Shown: in pieces, positions 8,990 through 16,941 of the stretch
Position numbering within the stretch: position 1 is the first letter of the stretch
Layout of the letters: every line of letters starts with the position of its first letter
Assembly (NCBI GenBank): GCA_049304095.1
Contig: JBAQNU010000010.1
Span: 19,311 to 83,310 of the forward strand
Direction of reading: 5' to 3'
DNA length: 64,000 nucleotides
Source: Candidatus Moraniibacteriota bacterium
GTDB lineage: Bacteria; Patescibacteriota; Minisyncoccia; Moranbacterales; UBA2206
Program-made: the position numbers and the translations under genes
The notes under the pieces: generated by a model
The model's input: only the letters and a program-made list of their open reading frames with translations
Told to the model about the DNA's origin: nothing
The model's database searches: none

Positions 8990-10267
8990 ATGCAAATGTC
9001 AAGCAAATTAGCGCAAAAATTAAAATCTCTCCCCGCCTCTCCCGGTGTCTATATCTTCAAGAATAAGGCCGGGGCGGTTTTGTATGTGGGAAAAGCGACG
9101 TCGTTGAAGGATCGGGTCGGTTCGTATTTCCAGGGACGTAGTGGTTATGCCCGGCCGATTGAGATGTTTATGGACCAGGTCGCGGATATTGAAGTTCGAA
9201 AAACGGAAACAGTTTTGGAGGCATATATCTTGGAGCAAGAACTGATTAAAAAGTGGCAGCCGAAGTTTAATGCTACAGGGAAAGATGATAAATCATTTTC
9301 TTATGTTGCCATTACAAAAGAAGATTTTCCGCGTATATTATTTTTACGGAAAAGGGAAATGGATCAAGATATTGATATAAAATCAAAATTTAGTAAAATT
9401 TACGGCCCATATGTTTCCAAGAAAAATATTGAAATTGCGCTGAAAATTCTCAGAAAAATTTTTCCCTATCATGCTAAAGTGCAAAAGACAGAGAAGGGTT
9501 GTTTGGATTTTCAGATTGGACTTTGTCCGGGGCCGTATGCTGGAGCAATTTCGAAAGAGGATTATGCCAAAAATATCCGCGGGATTCGGATGATTTTGGA
9601 AGGGAAGAAAAAGACGTTGCTTGCGAAAATGAAAAAAGAAATGTTGGAATTAAGTGAGAAACAGGAATTTGAAAAAGCCGGGAAAGTGCGCAATGCGATT
9701 TTTGCGTTGCAGCATATTCAAGACATAGCACTCATCTCTGAGCGAGATGATAATTTCCAATTTCCAATTTCCAATTTCCAATTTCCAAAAAAATTCAAAA
9801 TTCAAAATTCAAAATTTCGCATCGAGGGTTATGATATTTCGAATATTTCCGGAAAATCCAGCGTGGGGTCGATGGTGGTTTTTGATAATGCAAATGGGGA
9901 AATGCAACCGAACAAAAGCCAGTATCGCAGGTTTAAAATAAAAACTGTGGAAGGTGCGAATGATACAGCGTCGATGGCGGAAGTGCTGGGGCGCAGACTT
10001 GGAAATAATTGGCCGAAACCAGATCTCATAATCTTAGATGGTGGGCAGGGGCATCTGACGGCGGTGCGACGCGTGCTCAAGAATTTTCACCTGGAAATCC
10101 CACTGCTCGCTGTCGCCAAAGGTCCAACGCGCAAAAAACTAGACCGTTATGCTTTTGGCAGTGTGCCGGAAATTTCCGACGAAATTATCGAACGCGTCCG
10201 CGACGAAGCGCATCGTTTTGCGATTACTTATCATAAGAAATTGCGGAAAAAGAGGTTTATGGAGTAG
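8990..10267 (+). CDS. uvrC: excinuclease ABC subunit C, short form lacking the C-terminal (HhH)2 domain
   Basis: GIY-YIG N-terminus (GVYIFKNKAGAVLYVGKATSLKDRV), a UVR domain (LSEKQEFEKAGKVRNAIFALQ), an RNase-H-like endonuclease domain (RIEGYDISNISG...DGGQGHL), then EAHRFAITYHKKLRKKR followed by a stop. Only 425 aa. Contains an in-frame (TTCCAA)4/(AATTCAAA)3 repeat giving NFQFPISNFQFPKKFKIQNSKF. Confidence 0.9.
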   Translation: MQMSSKLAQKLKSLPASPGVYIFKNKAGAVLYVGKATSLKDRVGSYFQGRSGYARPIEMFMDQVADIEVRKTETVLEAYILEQELIKKWQPKFNATGKDDKSFSYVAITKEDFPRILFLRKREMDQDIDIKSKFSKIYGPYVSKKNIEIALKILRKIFPYHAKVQKTEKGCLDFQIGLCPGPYAGAISKEDYAKNIRGIRMILEGKKKTLLAKMKKEMLELSEKQEFEKAGKVRNAIFALQHIQDIALISERDDNFQFPISNFQFPKKFKIQNSKFRIEGYDISNISGKSSVGSMVVFDNANGEMQPNKSQYRRFKIKTVEGANDTASMAEVLGRRLGNNWPKPDLIILDGGQGHLTAVRRVLKNFHLEIPLLAVAKGPTRKKLDRYAFGSVPEISDEIIERVRDEAHRFAITYHKKLRKKRFME

Positions 10268-10590
10268 CGCTTATTTGAAAGCGGACAGTCCGCGAGCTCG
10301 CGGACTGTCCGCTACTGACTGCCTCTTCTCCCTCCGAGAGAGGATGTCACGAGCACGTGACAGGTGAGGGTTCTCACCTATGCAGAAAAAACTAACAGTT
10401 AAGCTAAAGTGTCGCTGTTTCCAAAAGATCCCTCATCCGGCCTTCGGCCACCTTCTCCCGAAGGGAGAAGAGGATATAAATAAAATATTTGCGACGCAAA
10501 AAGACTTATATGCTAAGATAGTTTTGCGACTGGATTCCCGCCTTGCTCCACCGCTAAAGCTAATGCGGCACGCGGTCGCGGGAATGACAA
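10268..10590 (+). other. GC-rich highly structured element, a candidate ncRNA or structured 5' leader of the DUF45 gene
   Basis: In an AT-rich genome this block contains: a perfect 32-nt palindrome at 10281-10312 (GCGGACAGTCCGCGAGCTCGCGGACTGTCCGC); hairpins GTCACG-AGCA-CGTGAC (10346-10361) and GGTGAG-GGTT-CTCACC (10363-10378); CTTCTCCC-GAA-GGGAGAAG (10452-10470) nested inside a CCTC/GAGG outer stem with GGCC-UUC-GGCC; and an 8-bp stem ATTCCCGC/GCGGGAAT (10534-10585). The track ORFs over it are spurious. I could not match it to RNase P, tmRNA, SRP or 6S signatures. Confidence 0.4.
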
Positions 10591-10600
10591 TAATTAATTT

Positions 10601-11275
10601 ATGCCAAAAATCCCAATCTCAAAAATCATCCGTTCCAAGCGAAAAAATATCGCGCTTGTGATTTCGCACGATGCGACTTTGGTTGTGCGCGCGCCGATGC
10701 GTACCCCACTGAGTTATATTGAAAAACTGGTCGAGGAAAAATTTGCTTGGATTGAAAGGAAGATGCGAGAATTTGAAAAGCGTCCCAAGGCGGAGAAAAA
10801 AAATTTTCAAGTTGGCGAAGAATTTCTCTATCTGGGAAAAAAATATAAATTAGAAATAGCGGAAGGGACAAAGATTAGAATTACCCAAGATTTCAAATTA
10901 ATTTTCCCGCGCGTGTTTTTATGGAGAGCAAAAGCCAGGATGCATGATTGGTACAAAAAACAAGCGCAAAAGGAAATCACAGAGCGGACAAAAATAATAG
11001 CCTCTAAATTAAATCTCAAATACTGTTCGCTCAAAATTTCCAATGCCAAAACTAATTGGGGATCATGCGGTCCGAAAAATAGTTTGAATTTCAATTGGCG
11101 CCTCATTATGGCGCCTGAGGGTGTCATCGATTATGTCATCATCCACGAGCTCACACATATTATTGAAAAAAATCATTCCCGTCATTTTTGGAACAAAGTC
11201 GCAGTCGTGATGCCGGATTACAAACAAGCCAGGAAGTGGCTGAGAGAGAATAGCAAGGTTTTGACGTTGGAATAA
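10601..11275 (+). CDS. YgjP/DUF45-family (WLM/SprT-like) zinc-dependent hydrolase
   Basis: HEXXH motif in DYVIIHELTHIIEKNH. Size and organisation are typical of DUF45. Its stop codon lies in the first copy of the tandem 17-nt repeat TTTTGACGTTGGAATAA x2 (11265-11298). Confidence 0.65.
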   Translation: MPKIPISKIIRSKRKNIALVISHDATLVVRAPMRTPLSYIEKLVEEKFAWIERKMREFEKRPKAEKKNFQVGEEFLYLGKKYKLEIAEGTKIRITQDFKLIFPRVFLWRAKARMHDWYKKQAQKEITERTKIIASKLNLKYCSLKISNAKTNWGSCGPKNSLNFNWRLIMAPEGVIDYVIIHELTHIIEKNHSRHFWNKVAVVMPDYKQARKWLRENSKVLTLE

Positions 11276-11407
11276 TTTTGACGTTGGAATAACGGACAAT
11301 CGCACAAGATGTACTCTTCTAATACAACAGCTTGCCAAAAATAAAAAACTAGTGTAAAATTTCTTCCTAGTACGACGTCTTTTTAAAAATGTAACTCTTT
11401 TTTCTTT

Positions 11408-14215
11408 ATGCCAAAAAACAAACCCAAGGATCGGAGCAAAATTATCGTGCGTGGTGCGCGGGTGAATAATTTGAAAAATATCGATGTGGAGATTCCACGA
11501 GACAAATTAGTCGTTATTACTGGGCTTTCTGGATCGGGTAAATCCTCCTTGGCCTTTGATGCGATTTATGCGGAAGGCAATCGGCGCTATCTGGAAGGGA
11601 TGTCGAGCTACGCGACGCAGTTTCTAGATGTTTCAGCCAAACCGGATGTGGACAAAATTGAAAATCTCACTCCGACCATTTCGATTGATCAAAAAAGCAT
11701 CGCGCGCAGTCCGCGTTCGACTGTTGGGACACTGACGGAAATCTATGATTATCTGCGTGTGCTCTATGCCAAAGTTGGCGTGCCACATTGTCCGCATTGT
11801 AAAACGCCTTTGGAAAAAATCACTAACGCAGAAGTTTTGGAGGATATCCTCAATTCTCCCGACAAAACCAATATTGCAATCCTGGCAAAATTAAATGGCA
11901 AGGATCAAAGTCTTCGGGAAAGACTAAAGAGCGTGAGTCAACTAGGTTATGCACGAATTCGTTTGGGTGGAAAAATAATGTCACTTTCGGAAGCTTTGGC
12001 GCAAGACGATATTGAAAGAATGTCTCCATGCAACGCAGAGATTGTGATTGATCGGATTGTGTTGAATCATAAGAACCCCGACCAAGAAAGAATTTTGGAT
12101 TCAATTGAAACTGCTTTCAAATTAGGCAAGGGTATGGCAGTGGTGGTGAAGGACAATGAAACAGAAAAAACATATAATCGTGATTTTGTGTGCAAGAAAT
12201 GTTTTTTTGAAGTGGTGGATATCACGCCGAAACACTTCTCTTTTAATAGCCCGGAAGGAGCTTGCCAGCACTGTTCCGGTCTTGGTGTGATTAAGGAAAT
12301 CGATGAAGATTTGCTCATTCCCAATAAAAATCTTACTCTTGCTGAAGGAGCAATTTTGTCGTGGAATAAATCTGGCGGTCGGTCAAGCGTGACGGCGAGT
12401 GGGAACAATATTCTCAAAATGTTGGGGGATAAATATGGTTTTTCTATCGACATCCCGGTAAAAAAAATCAGTCGTGAACATCTAAATATTGTGCTCTATG
12501 GTTCCAATGATCCTAAGATTATTTTTGAGGGTGTTATTCCGACGATGAAAAAGAGATATGAAGAGTTGAATTCCAACTATCTCAAAAGCGAAATTGAGAA
12601 ATATATGATTGAGAAAATCTGTCCGCTTTGCTTAGGAAAGCGACTGCGAGAAGAATATCTCTCCGTGCTGGTTGCTGGAAAATCAATTGATCAAGTTGTT
12701 GATATGTCTCTCGTTGACTTTACTCAATTTTTGGAAGCATTAGAAAAAGCCAACATTAGCTCAACTAGGAAAAATATAATTTTGCCGCTTATCAAAGAAA
12801 TGAAAGCGCGAAGCGTGGCTCTCGCTAACGTAGGCTTGGGCTATCTGGCTCTTGCGCGTAGTGCCAATTCGATTTCTGGCGGAGAAGGACAACGCATCCG
12901 TCTGGCAACGCAAATTGGTTCAGAACTTTCCGGCATTACCTACGTATTGGATGAGCCATCGATTGGACTACACAACCGCGATACGGAAAAATTGATCTCA
13001 ACAATGGAGGAACTGCGCGAAGCAGGCAATTCTCTTATTACCGTGGAACATGACGAGCAAATTATCCGCTCAGCTGATTGGATTATTGACATGGGGCCAG
13101 GCGCTGGTGAAGATGGCGGAGAGGTGATTTTTTCTGGCGATCTTCCAAAACTTTTGAAATCAAAAACTTTGACGGCGCAGTATTTGAATGGCAAAAAACA
13201 GGTGGGAAATAAAAAGAAAGCGCGCAAAGGTTTGGGGAAAATGATCAAAGTTCAAGGGGCAATGGAACATAACTTGAAAAATATTGATGTGAGTTTTCCG
13301 TTGGGAAAATTCATCTCGCTGACTGGTGTTTCCGGCTCTGGAAAATCAACTTTAGTTTCCGGCATTTTGTCTAAAGCTCTAGCAAAATATTTTTTCAATA
13401 CCAAAGAAGCTCCCGGACGTCACAAGAAAATTAGCGGAATGGAACATATCGACAAAGTGATCAGCATTAACCAAGCACCGATTGGTCGTACGCCCCGATC
13501 GAACGCGGCGACTTACACTGGAGTTTTCTCACTGATTCGCGAATTGTTTGCGGAGATGCAAGAAGCGCAGACGCGTGGCTATGACGCTAGTCGCTTTAGT
13601 TTTAACATGAAAGGTGGGCGTTGCGAGGATTGTCAGGGTGAAGGCAAAAAGAAAATTGAGATGCATCTTTTGCCAGATGTCTATGTGCCTTGCGAAACTT
13701 GTGGTGGCGCGAAATACAATCAAAGAACATTGGAGATTGAATATCGCGGAGTAAACATTGCCGAGGTGCTTGATATGAGCGTCAGCTATGCGCATGTATT
13801 TTTCAAAAATTCCAAATTGGTGATGGAAAAATTAGCCACGCTAGAAAAAGTTGGCTTGGGATATTTGAAACTGGGACAAAGCGCGGTGGATCTTTCTGGC
13901 GGAGAAGCGCAAAGAATCAAGTTAGCCACGGAACTAGCCAGACGTGCAACAGGAAAAACACTCTATATTTTGGATGAGCCAACAATCGGACTGCATTTTG
14001 AAGATATTCGAAAATTGCTGGGAGTGCTTGATGCTCTCGTTGACAAAGGCAACACAGTTTTGGTGGTAGAGCACAATGTGGATGTGATTCGTAATTCCGA
14101 TTGGGTGATTGACTTGGGACCAGAAGGTGGAACTGGGGGCGGAGAAATTGTGTTTGAAGGAACACCCGTGGATCTCAAAAAATGCAAGAGAAGTTGGACG
14201 GGGAAATATTTGTAG
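11408..14215 (+). CDS. uvrA: second full-length UvrA paralog (excinuclease ABC subunit A family)
   Basis: Walker A motifs GLSGSGKSS and [14 protein letters not shown] signatures, and [11 protein letters not shown]-terminus. 935 aa with a UvrB-binding-region equivalent present. Nucleotide-level divergence from the first uvrA argues against an assembly duplicate. Confidence 0.9.
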   Translation: MPKNKPKDRSKIIVRGARVNNLKNIDVEIPRDKLVVITGLSGSGKSSLAFDAIYAEGNRRYLEGMSSYATQFLDVSAKPDVDKIENLTPTISIDQKSIARSPRSTVGTLTEIYDYLRVLYAKVGVPHCPHCKTPLEKITNAEVLEDILNSPDKTNIAILAKLNGKDQSLRERLKSVSQLGYARIRLGGKIMSLSEALAQDDIERMSPCNAEIVIDRIVLNHKNPDQERILDSIETAFKLGKGMAVVVKDNETEKTYNRDFVCKKCFFEVVDITPKHFSFNSPEGACQHCSGLGVIKEIDEDLLIPNKNLTLAEGAILSWNKSGGRSSVTASGNNILKMLGDKYGFSIDIPVKKISREHLNIVLYGSNDPKIIFEGVIPTMKKRYEELNSNYLKSEIEKYMIEKICPLCLGKRLREEYLSVLVAGKSIDQVVDMSLVDFTQFLEALEKANISSTRKNIILPLIKEMKARSVALANVGLGYLALARSANSISGGEGQRIRLATQIGSELSGITYVLDEPSIGLHNRDTEKLISTMEELREAGNSLITVEHDEQIIRSADWIIDMGPGAGEDGGEVIFSGDLPKLLKSKTLTAQYLNGKKQVGNKKKARKGLGKMIKVQGAMEHNLKNIDVSFPLGKFISLTGVSGSGKSTLVSGILSKALAKYFFNTKEAPGRHKKISGMEHIDKVISINQAPIGRTPRSNAATYTGVFSLIRELFAEMQEAQTRGYDASRFSFNMKGGRCEDCQGEGKKKIEMHLLPDVYVPCETCGGAKYNQRTLEIEYRGVNIAEVLDMSVSYAHVFFKNSKLVMEKLATLEKVGLGYLKLGQSAVDLSGGEAQRIKLATELARRATGKTLYILDEPTIGLHFEDIRKLLGVLDALVDKGNTVLVVEHNVDVIRNSDWVIDLGPEGGTGGGEIVFEGTPVDLKKCKRSWTGKYL

Positions 14216-14262
14216 TCTTTGAACTATGATTTGTCTGATTAAATGAAAACTATGATGCGTTT

Positions 14263-15258
14263 TTGTGCATTATCTTTCTTATGCCTAATCCACTTTCTCA
14301 AAATATCTTAGCCACTATTTGTTATTATGATGTCTTGGATTATCCTTTGACTGTTTTTGAATTGTGGAAATATTTGATTAGTGATCCTGCCTACGCTGAA
14401 GCTTCTGCCTACGCTAAAGCTTCGGCAGACAAGCCGGCAGGCAAGTGTGAGACAAAAAAAGTAATACTTGCGGAGGTTGTGTCTGAGTTGGAAAATGAAG
14501 CTTTGCAAAAAAACATTGAAAAACACCTAGGCTTCTATTTTCTAGCTGGTCGCAAAAGTTTGGTGGCGCAAAGATTGGAGCGCAATAAGCTGGCGGAAAA
14601 AAAATATCGCCGAGCGCGAAGAGCCGTTTGGTTTTTGCGCTTCGTTCCTTTTGTGCGCTCGGTGGCTGTGGTGGGGAGACTAGCGATGAAAAATGTGGAA
14701 ACTCAAAGTGATTTGGATTTGCTCATTGTGCTTAAAAGCGGGCATATTTTTACTGGTCGAATGCTGGTAACAGCTTTTTTGCAAGTCTCGGGGATGCGTC
14801 GGCATGGCAGAAAAATTGCTAACCGCATTTGTCTCAATCATTTTTTGACTGATGAATTCAATGTGGGCGTGCAAGATCTTTTTTCAGCGCACGAATATAC
14901 TTTTGCTCGGGTGATTTTCAAGCCGGAAGTTTTTGGGCGCCTCTATCAAAAAAATAATTGGATTGAGAAATATAAGCCAAACTATTTGCCAGAAAAAGAT
15001 AATTTAAAAATTATCAAAGACAGTTTTATTTCTCGATGTAGTAGAAATATTTTGGAAAAATGCTTGGCTTTTCCAGCTCTGGAAAAATTTTTGCAAAAAA
15101 TCCAAACGGAAAAAATTGCCAAAAATGCACTGACAGAGAAAAAAGGCGCCATGATTATTTGCAGTAGTGATGAGCTGGCTTTCTGGCCCAATTTTGAAAA
15201 TCAAGGGCCGCGGGTTTTTGAATTATTTAAAGAGCGGATGGATAGATTACGTAATTAA
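14263..15258 (+). CDS. hypothetical protein with minimal nucleotidyltransferase-like motif
   Basis: VGRLAMKNVETQSDLDLLIV fits the [GS]x9-13 DhDh pattern of Pol-beta-fold NTases. A tandem 18-nt duplication encodes AYAEAS/AYAKAS. Otherwise unrecognised. Confidence 0.35.
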   Translation: MCIIFLMPNPLSQNILATICYYDVLDYPLTVFELWKYLISDPAYAEASAYAKASADKPAGKCETKKVILAEVVSELENEALQKNIEKHLGFYFLAGRKSLVAQRLERNKLAEKKYRRARRAVWFLRFVPFVRSVAVVGRLAMKNVETQSDLDLLIVLKSGHIFTGRMLVTAFLQVSGMRRHGRKIANRICLNHFLTDEFNVGVQDLFSAHEYTFARVIFKPEVFGRLYQKNNWIEKYKPNYLPEKDNLKIIKDSFISRCSRNILEKCLAFPALEKFLQKIQTEKIAKNALTEKKGAMIICSSDELAFWPNFENQGPRVFELFKERMDRLRN

Positions 15259-15364
15259 TTCATTACTTGCATAAAGCAAAAAAACGCCACGATTTTTTTA
15301 AGCGAATGGGATTTTTCTATTCTGAATTATTTCTGATATAATAAAAGAATAAATTTCTTATATT

Positions 15365-15865
15365 ATGTATTTAAGCAAATTTTTCGAAAATTATATCAAG
15401 GGTACGCCACAAAAAGCGATCGTTGCTAATCGTCGGGCACTTTTGTGCAGGCTCACTGAGGCTGTTATAGACGGAATAGAAATTGAAAACTTACCAAGAA
15501 ATGTCTATATTACATCCAGGTGCGTGAAGCATTTATTCGACAAGAGACCAGCAGAAGAGTTTTTATTTATCATCGATCACTTGCATGAGATAGTGAAATG
15601 TCCTGATAAAATATATGAAAATGCAGAAGGAAAAAGAGGCAATTTTTGCTTTACCAAGAAAATGGGTAATGAAGAATATTTTTGTTCCGTTGAAATTTTA
15701 GAAATTTCCAACACAGATAAAGAAATTCAAGTTGCGACAGCATTTCGATTGAGGGATGAAAAATACATAATAAAAAACTACACTCTCTTGTGGGACTGGG
15801 GGAACGGCAACCCCCATCGTAGCGCTTTGGATACTCCAAAGGAGTCTACTAACGCTCCGCAGTAG
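15365..15865 (+). CDS. hypothetical protein (166 aa)
   Basis: ORF with an AT-rich upstream region. No motif recognised. Confidence 0.3.
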   Translation: MYLSKFFENYIKGTPQKAIVANRRALLCRLTEAVIDGIEIENLPRNVYITSRCVKHLFDKRPAEEFLFIIDHLHEIVKCPDKIYENAEGKRGNFCFTKKMGNEEYFCSVEILEISNTDKEIQVATAFRLRDEKYIIKNYTLLWDWGNGNPHRSALDTPKESTNAPQ

Positions 15866-16130
15866 AGCCGAATTTCCTGCATTTCAGCCCCACGAGACAA
15901 TGTAGTTTCTATAGATTTATTATCTGGTGTAATGGATATTTTGTCAAGGGCTGGACAAAACGGCGCTTTGGGTGCATACTATAATATCGTACATTGACAA
16001 TATGAATTGGCAATTTGCCATGGCGGAAAGGATTTTTTTGTTATCAAAATGATGAGAATTTTTTCTGCTGTGGCGAAACATCGGTTAGCCAGAAGCAAAA
16101 AATGGCACATGTGCCAAAAAGGAGGAAGAC

Positions 16131-16703
16131 ATGTCTTCTTATGCCGAAGGTCAGGTTCATCAATTGGCTAATGCGCTCGAGTTGAGAGGGTTGTTTACGT
16201 CTAGTGATATTACCAAACTCGGGCAATTCGAAAATCTTTCTGGCATCCGCGGTCTTTTGCGCGGAACTCATGAGCTGAAATTGATTAAAAAACACATTAT
16301 AGATTGTGACACGAAGCCGTTTGTGCCTAAGGGCTGGAAAGTCGAGTCTCATCTTAAGGGTGGGCAGTGGGAGTGGGATGCGAAAAAAATTTCACTCCAT
16401 CTATTGTATGGAGAACAACAAAGAGGTGTTATTGATGGGGAAAGATTTCGCAAGATGTGCCAAAATATCCCAGTGTTTAATGCTAATGTTCTGGGCTATA
16501 TCCTAAAGAATCCATCCCTCATTCCTAGAGGCTGGAAAGATAAGTCTGTACTTTTTTTAGGAACAACGTATCGCGATTGCGACGGTGATCTCTGCGTTCT
16601 ATACCTTAGATGGCTGGAGTATTGTCGGTGGCATTGGTGCGGCCATTGTCTCGGTAGTAGTTTCCCTTCCGAGGATCATCCCGCAGTGTTGTTTACAAAT
16701 TAG
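16131..16703 (+). CDS. hypothetical protein (190 aa, Cys/Trp-rich C-terminus)
   Basis: Strong SD AAAGGAGGAAGAC before the ATG. A TGGCAA-T-TTGCCA palindrome lies at 16008-16020 upstream. No motif recognised. Confidence 0.35.
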   Translation: MSSYAEGQVHQLANALELRGLFTSSDITKLGQFENLSGIRGLLRGTHELKLIKKHIIDCDTKPFVPKGWKVESHLKGGQWEWDAKKISLHLLYGEQQRGVIDGERFRKMCQNIPVFNANVLGYILKNPSLIPRGWKDKSVLFLGTTYRDCDGDLCVLYLRWLEYCRWHWCGHCLGSSFPSEDHPAVLFTN

Positions 16704-16880
16704 TCTTTGAAGTGCGGAAATTTTTCCGCAACGCTCCCGATTGCGTTTAATCGGAAGCCTCGTGCAATATGTGCGGGGCTTTTAATTTGCAATAAAATCT
16801 TTTGAAGGTCCAGAAGGAATTTAAAAAAGCCAAAAACAGCCTCTTGACTATTTTTCCAATTTTTGCCAAAATAGAGGATG

Positions 16881-16907
16881 TTAGCACTCAACGTGCTTGA
16901 TTGCTAA
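16881..16907 (+). promoter_or_regulatory. CIRCE-like HrcA operator (TTAGCACTC-N9-GATTGCTAA)
   Basis: Matches the CIRCE consensus TTAGCACTC-N9-GAGTGCTAA with one mismatch. Lies 35 nt upstream of the groEL ATG. TTGACT -35-like hexamer at about 16845. Confidence 0.7.
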
Positions 16908-16941
16908 AATAATCTAATAATTTAATTTTTCCAAAAAAACT

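Noticed and set aside
8930-8995. Track start of the small minus-strand ORF at 8995 (MHRYKLHYNIFFDNTINQIGGY...)
   Set aside because: It overlaps the uvrC start codon region. The internal Met (MAEKELLYAYL) gives a compact 60-aa product.
9747-9815. Short tandem repeats in uvrC as a possible CRISPR/minisatellite locus
   Set aside because: Units are 6-8 nt with no spacers, and are translated in-frame inside a conserved gene. Not CRISPR.
10268-10590. Identification of the GC-rich element as RNase P RNA, tmRNA or SRP RNA
   Set aside because: I found no P4/CR-I-like GGAAAGUCCGG...ACAGAAnCCGGCUUA pair, no tRNA-like acceptor/T-arm ending in CCA, and no SRP domain-IV motif. It is left unassigned.
10009-10661. 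Track ORFs 10009-10236, 10149-10367 and 10380-10661
   Set aside because: They overlap the uvrC 3' end and/or the GC-rich hairpin block. The Arg/Ala/Pro-rich translations are typical of GC-rich non-coding sequence, and there are no SDs.
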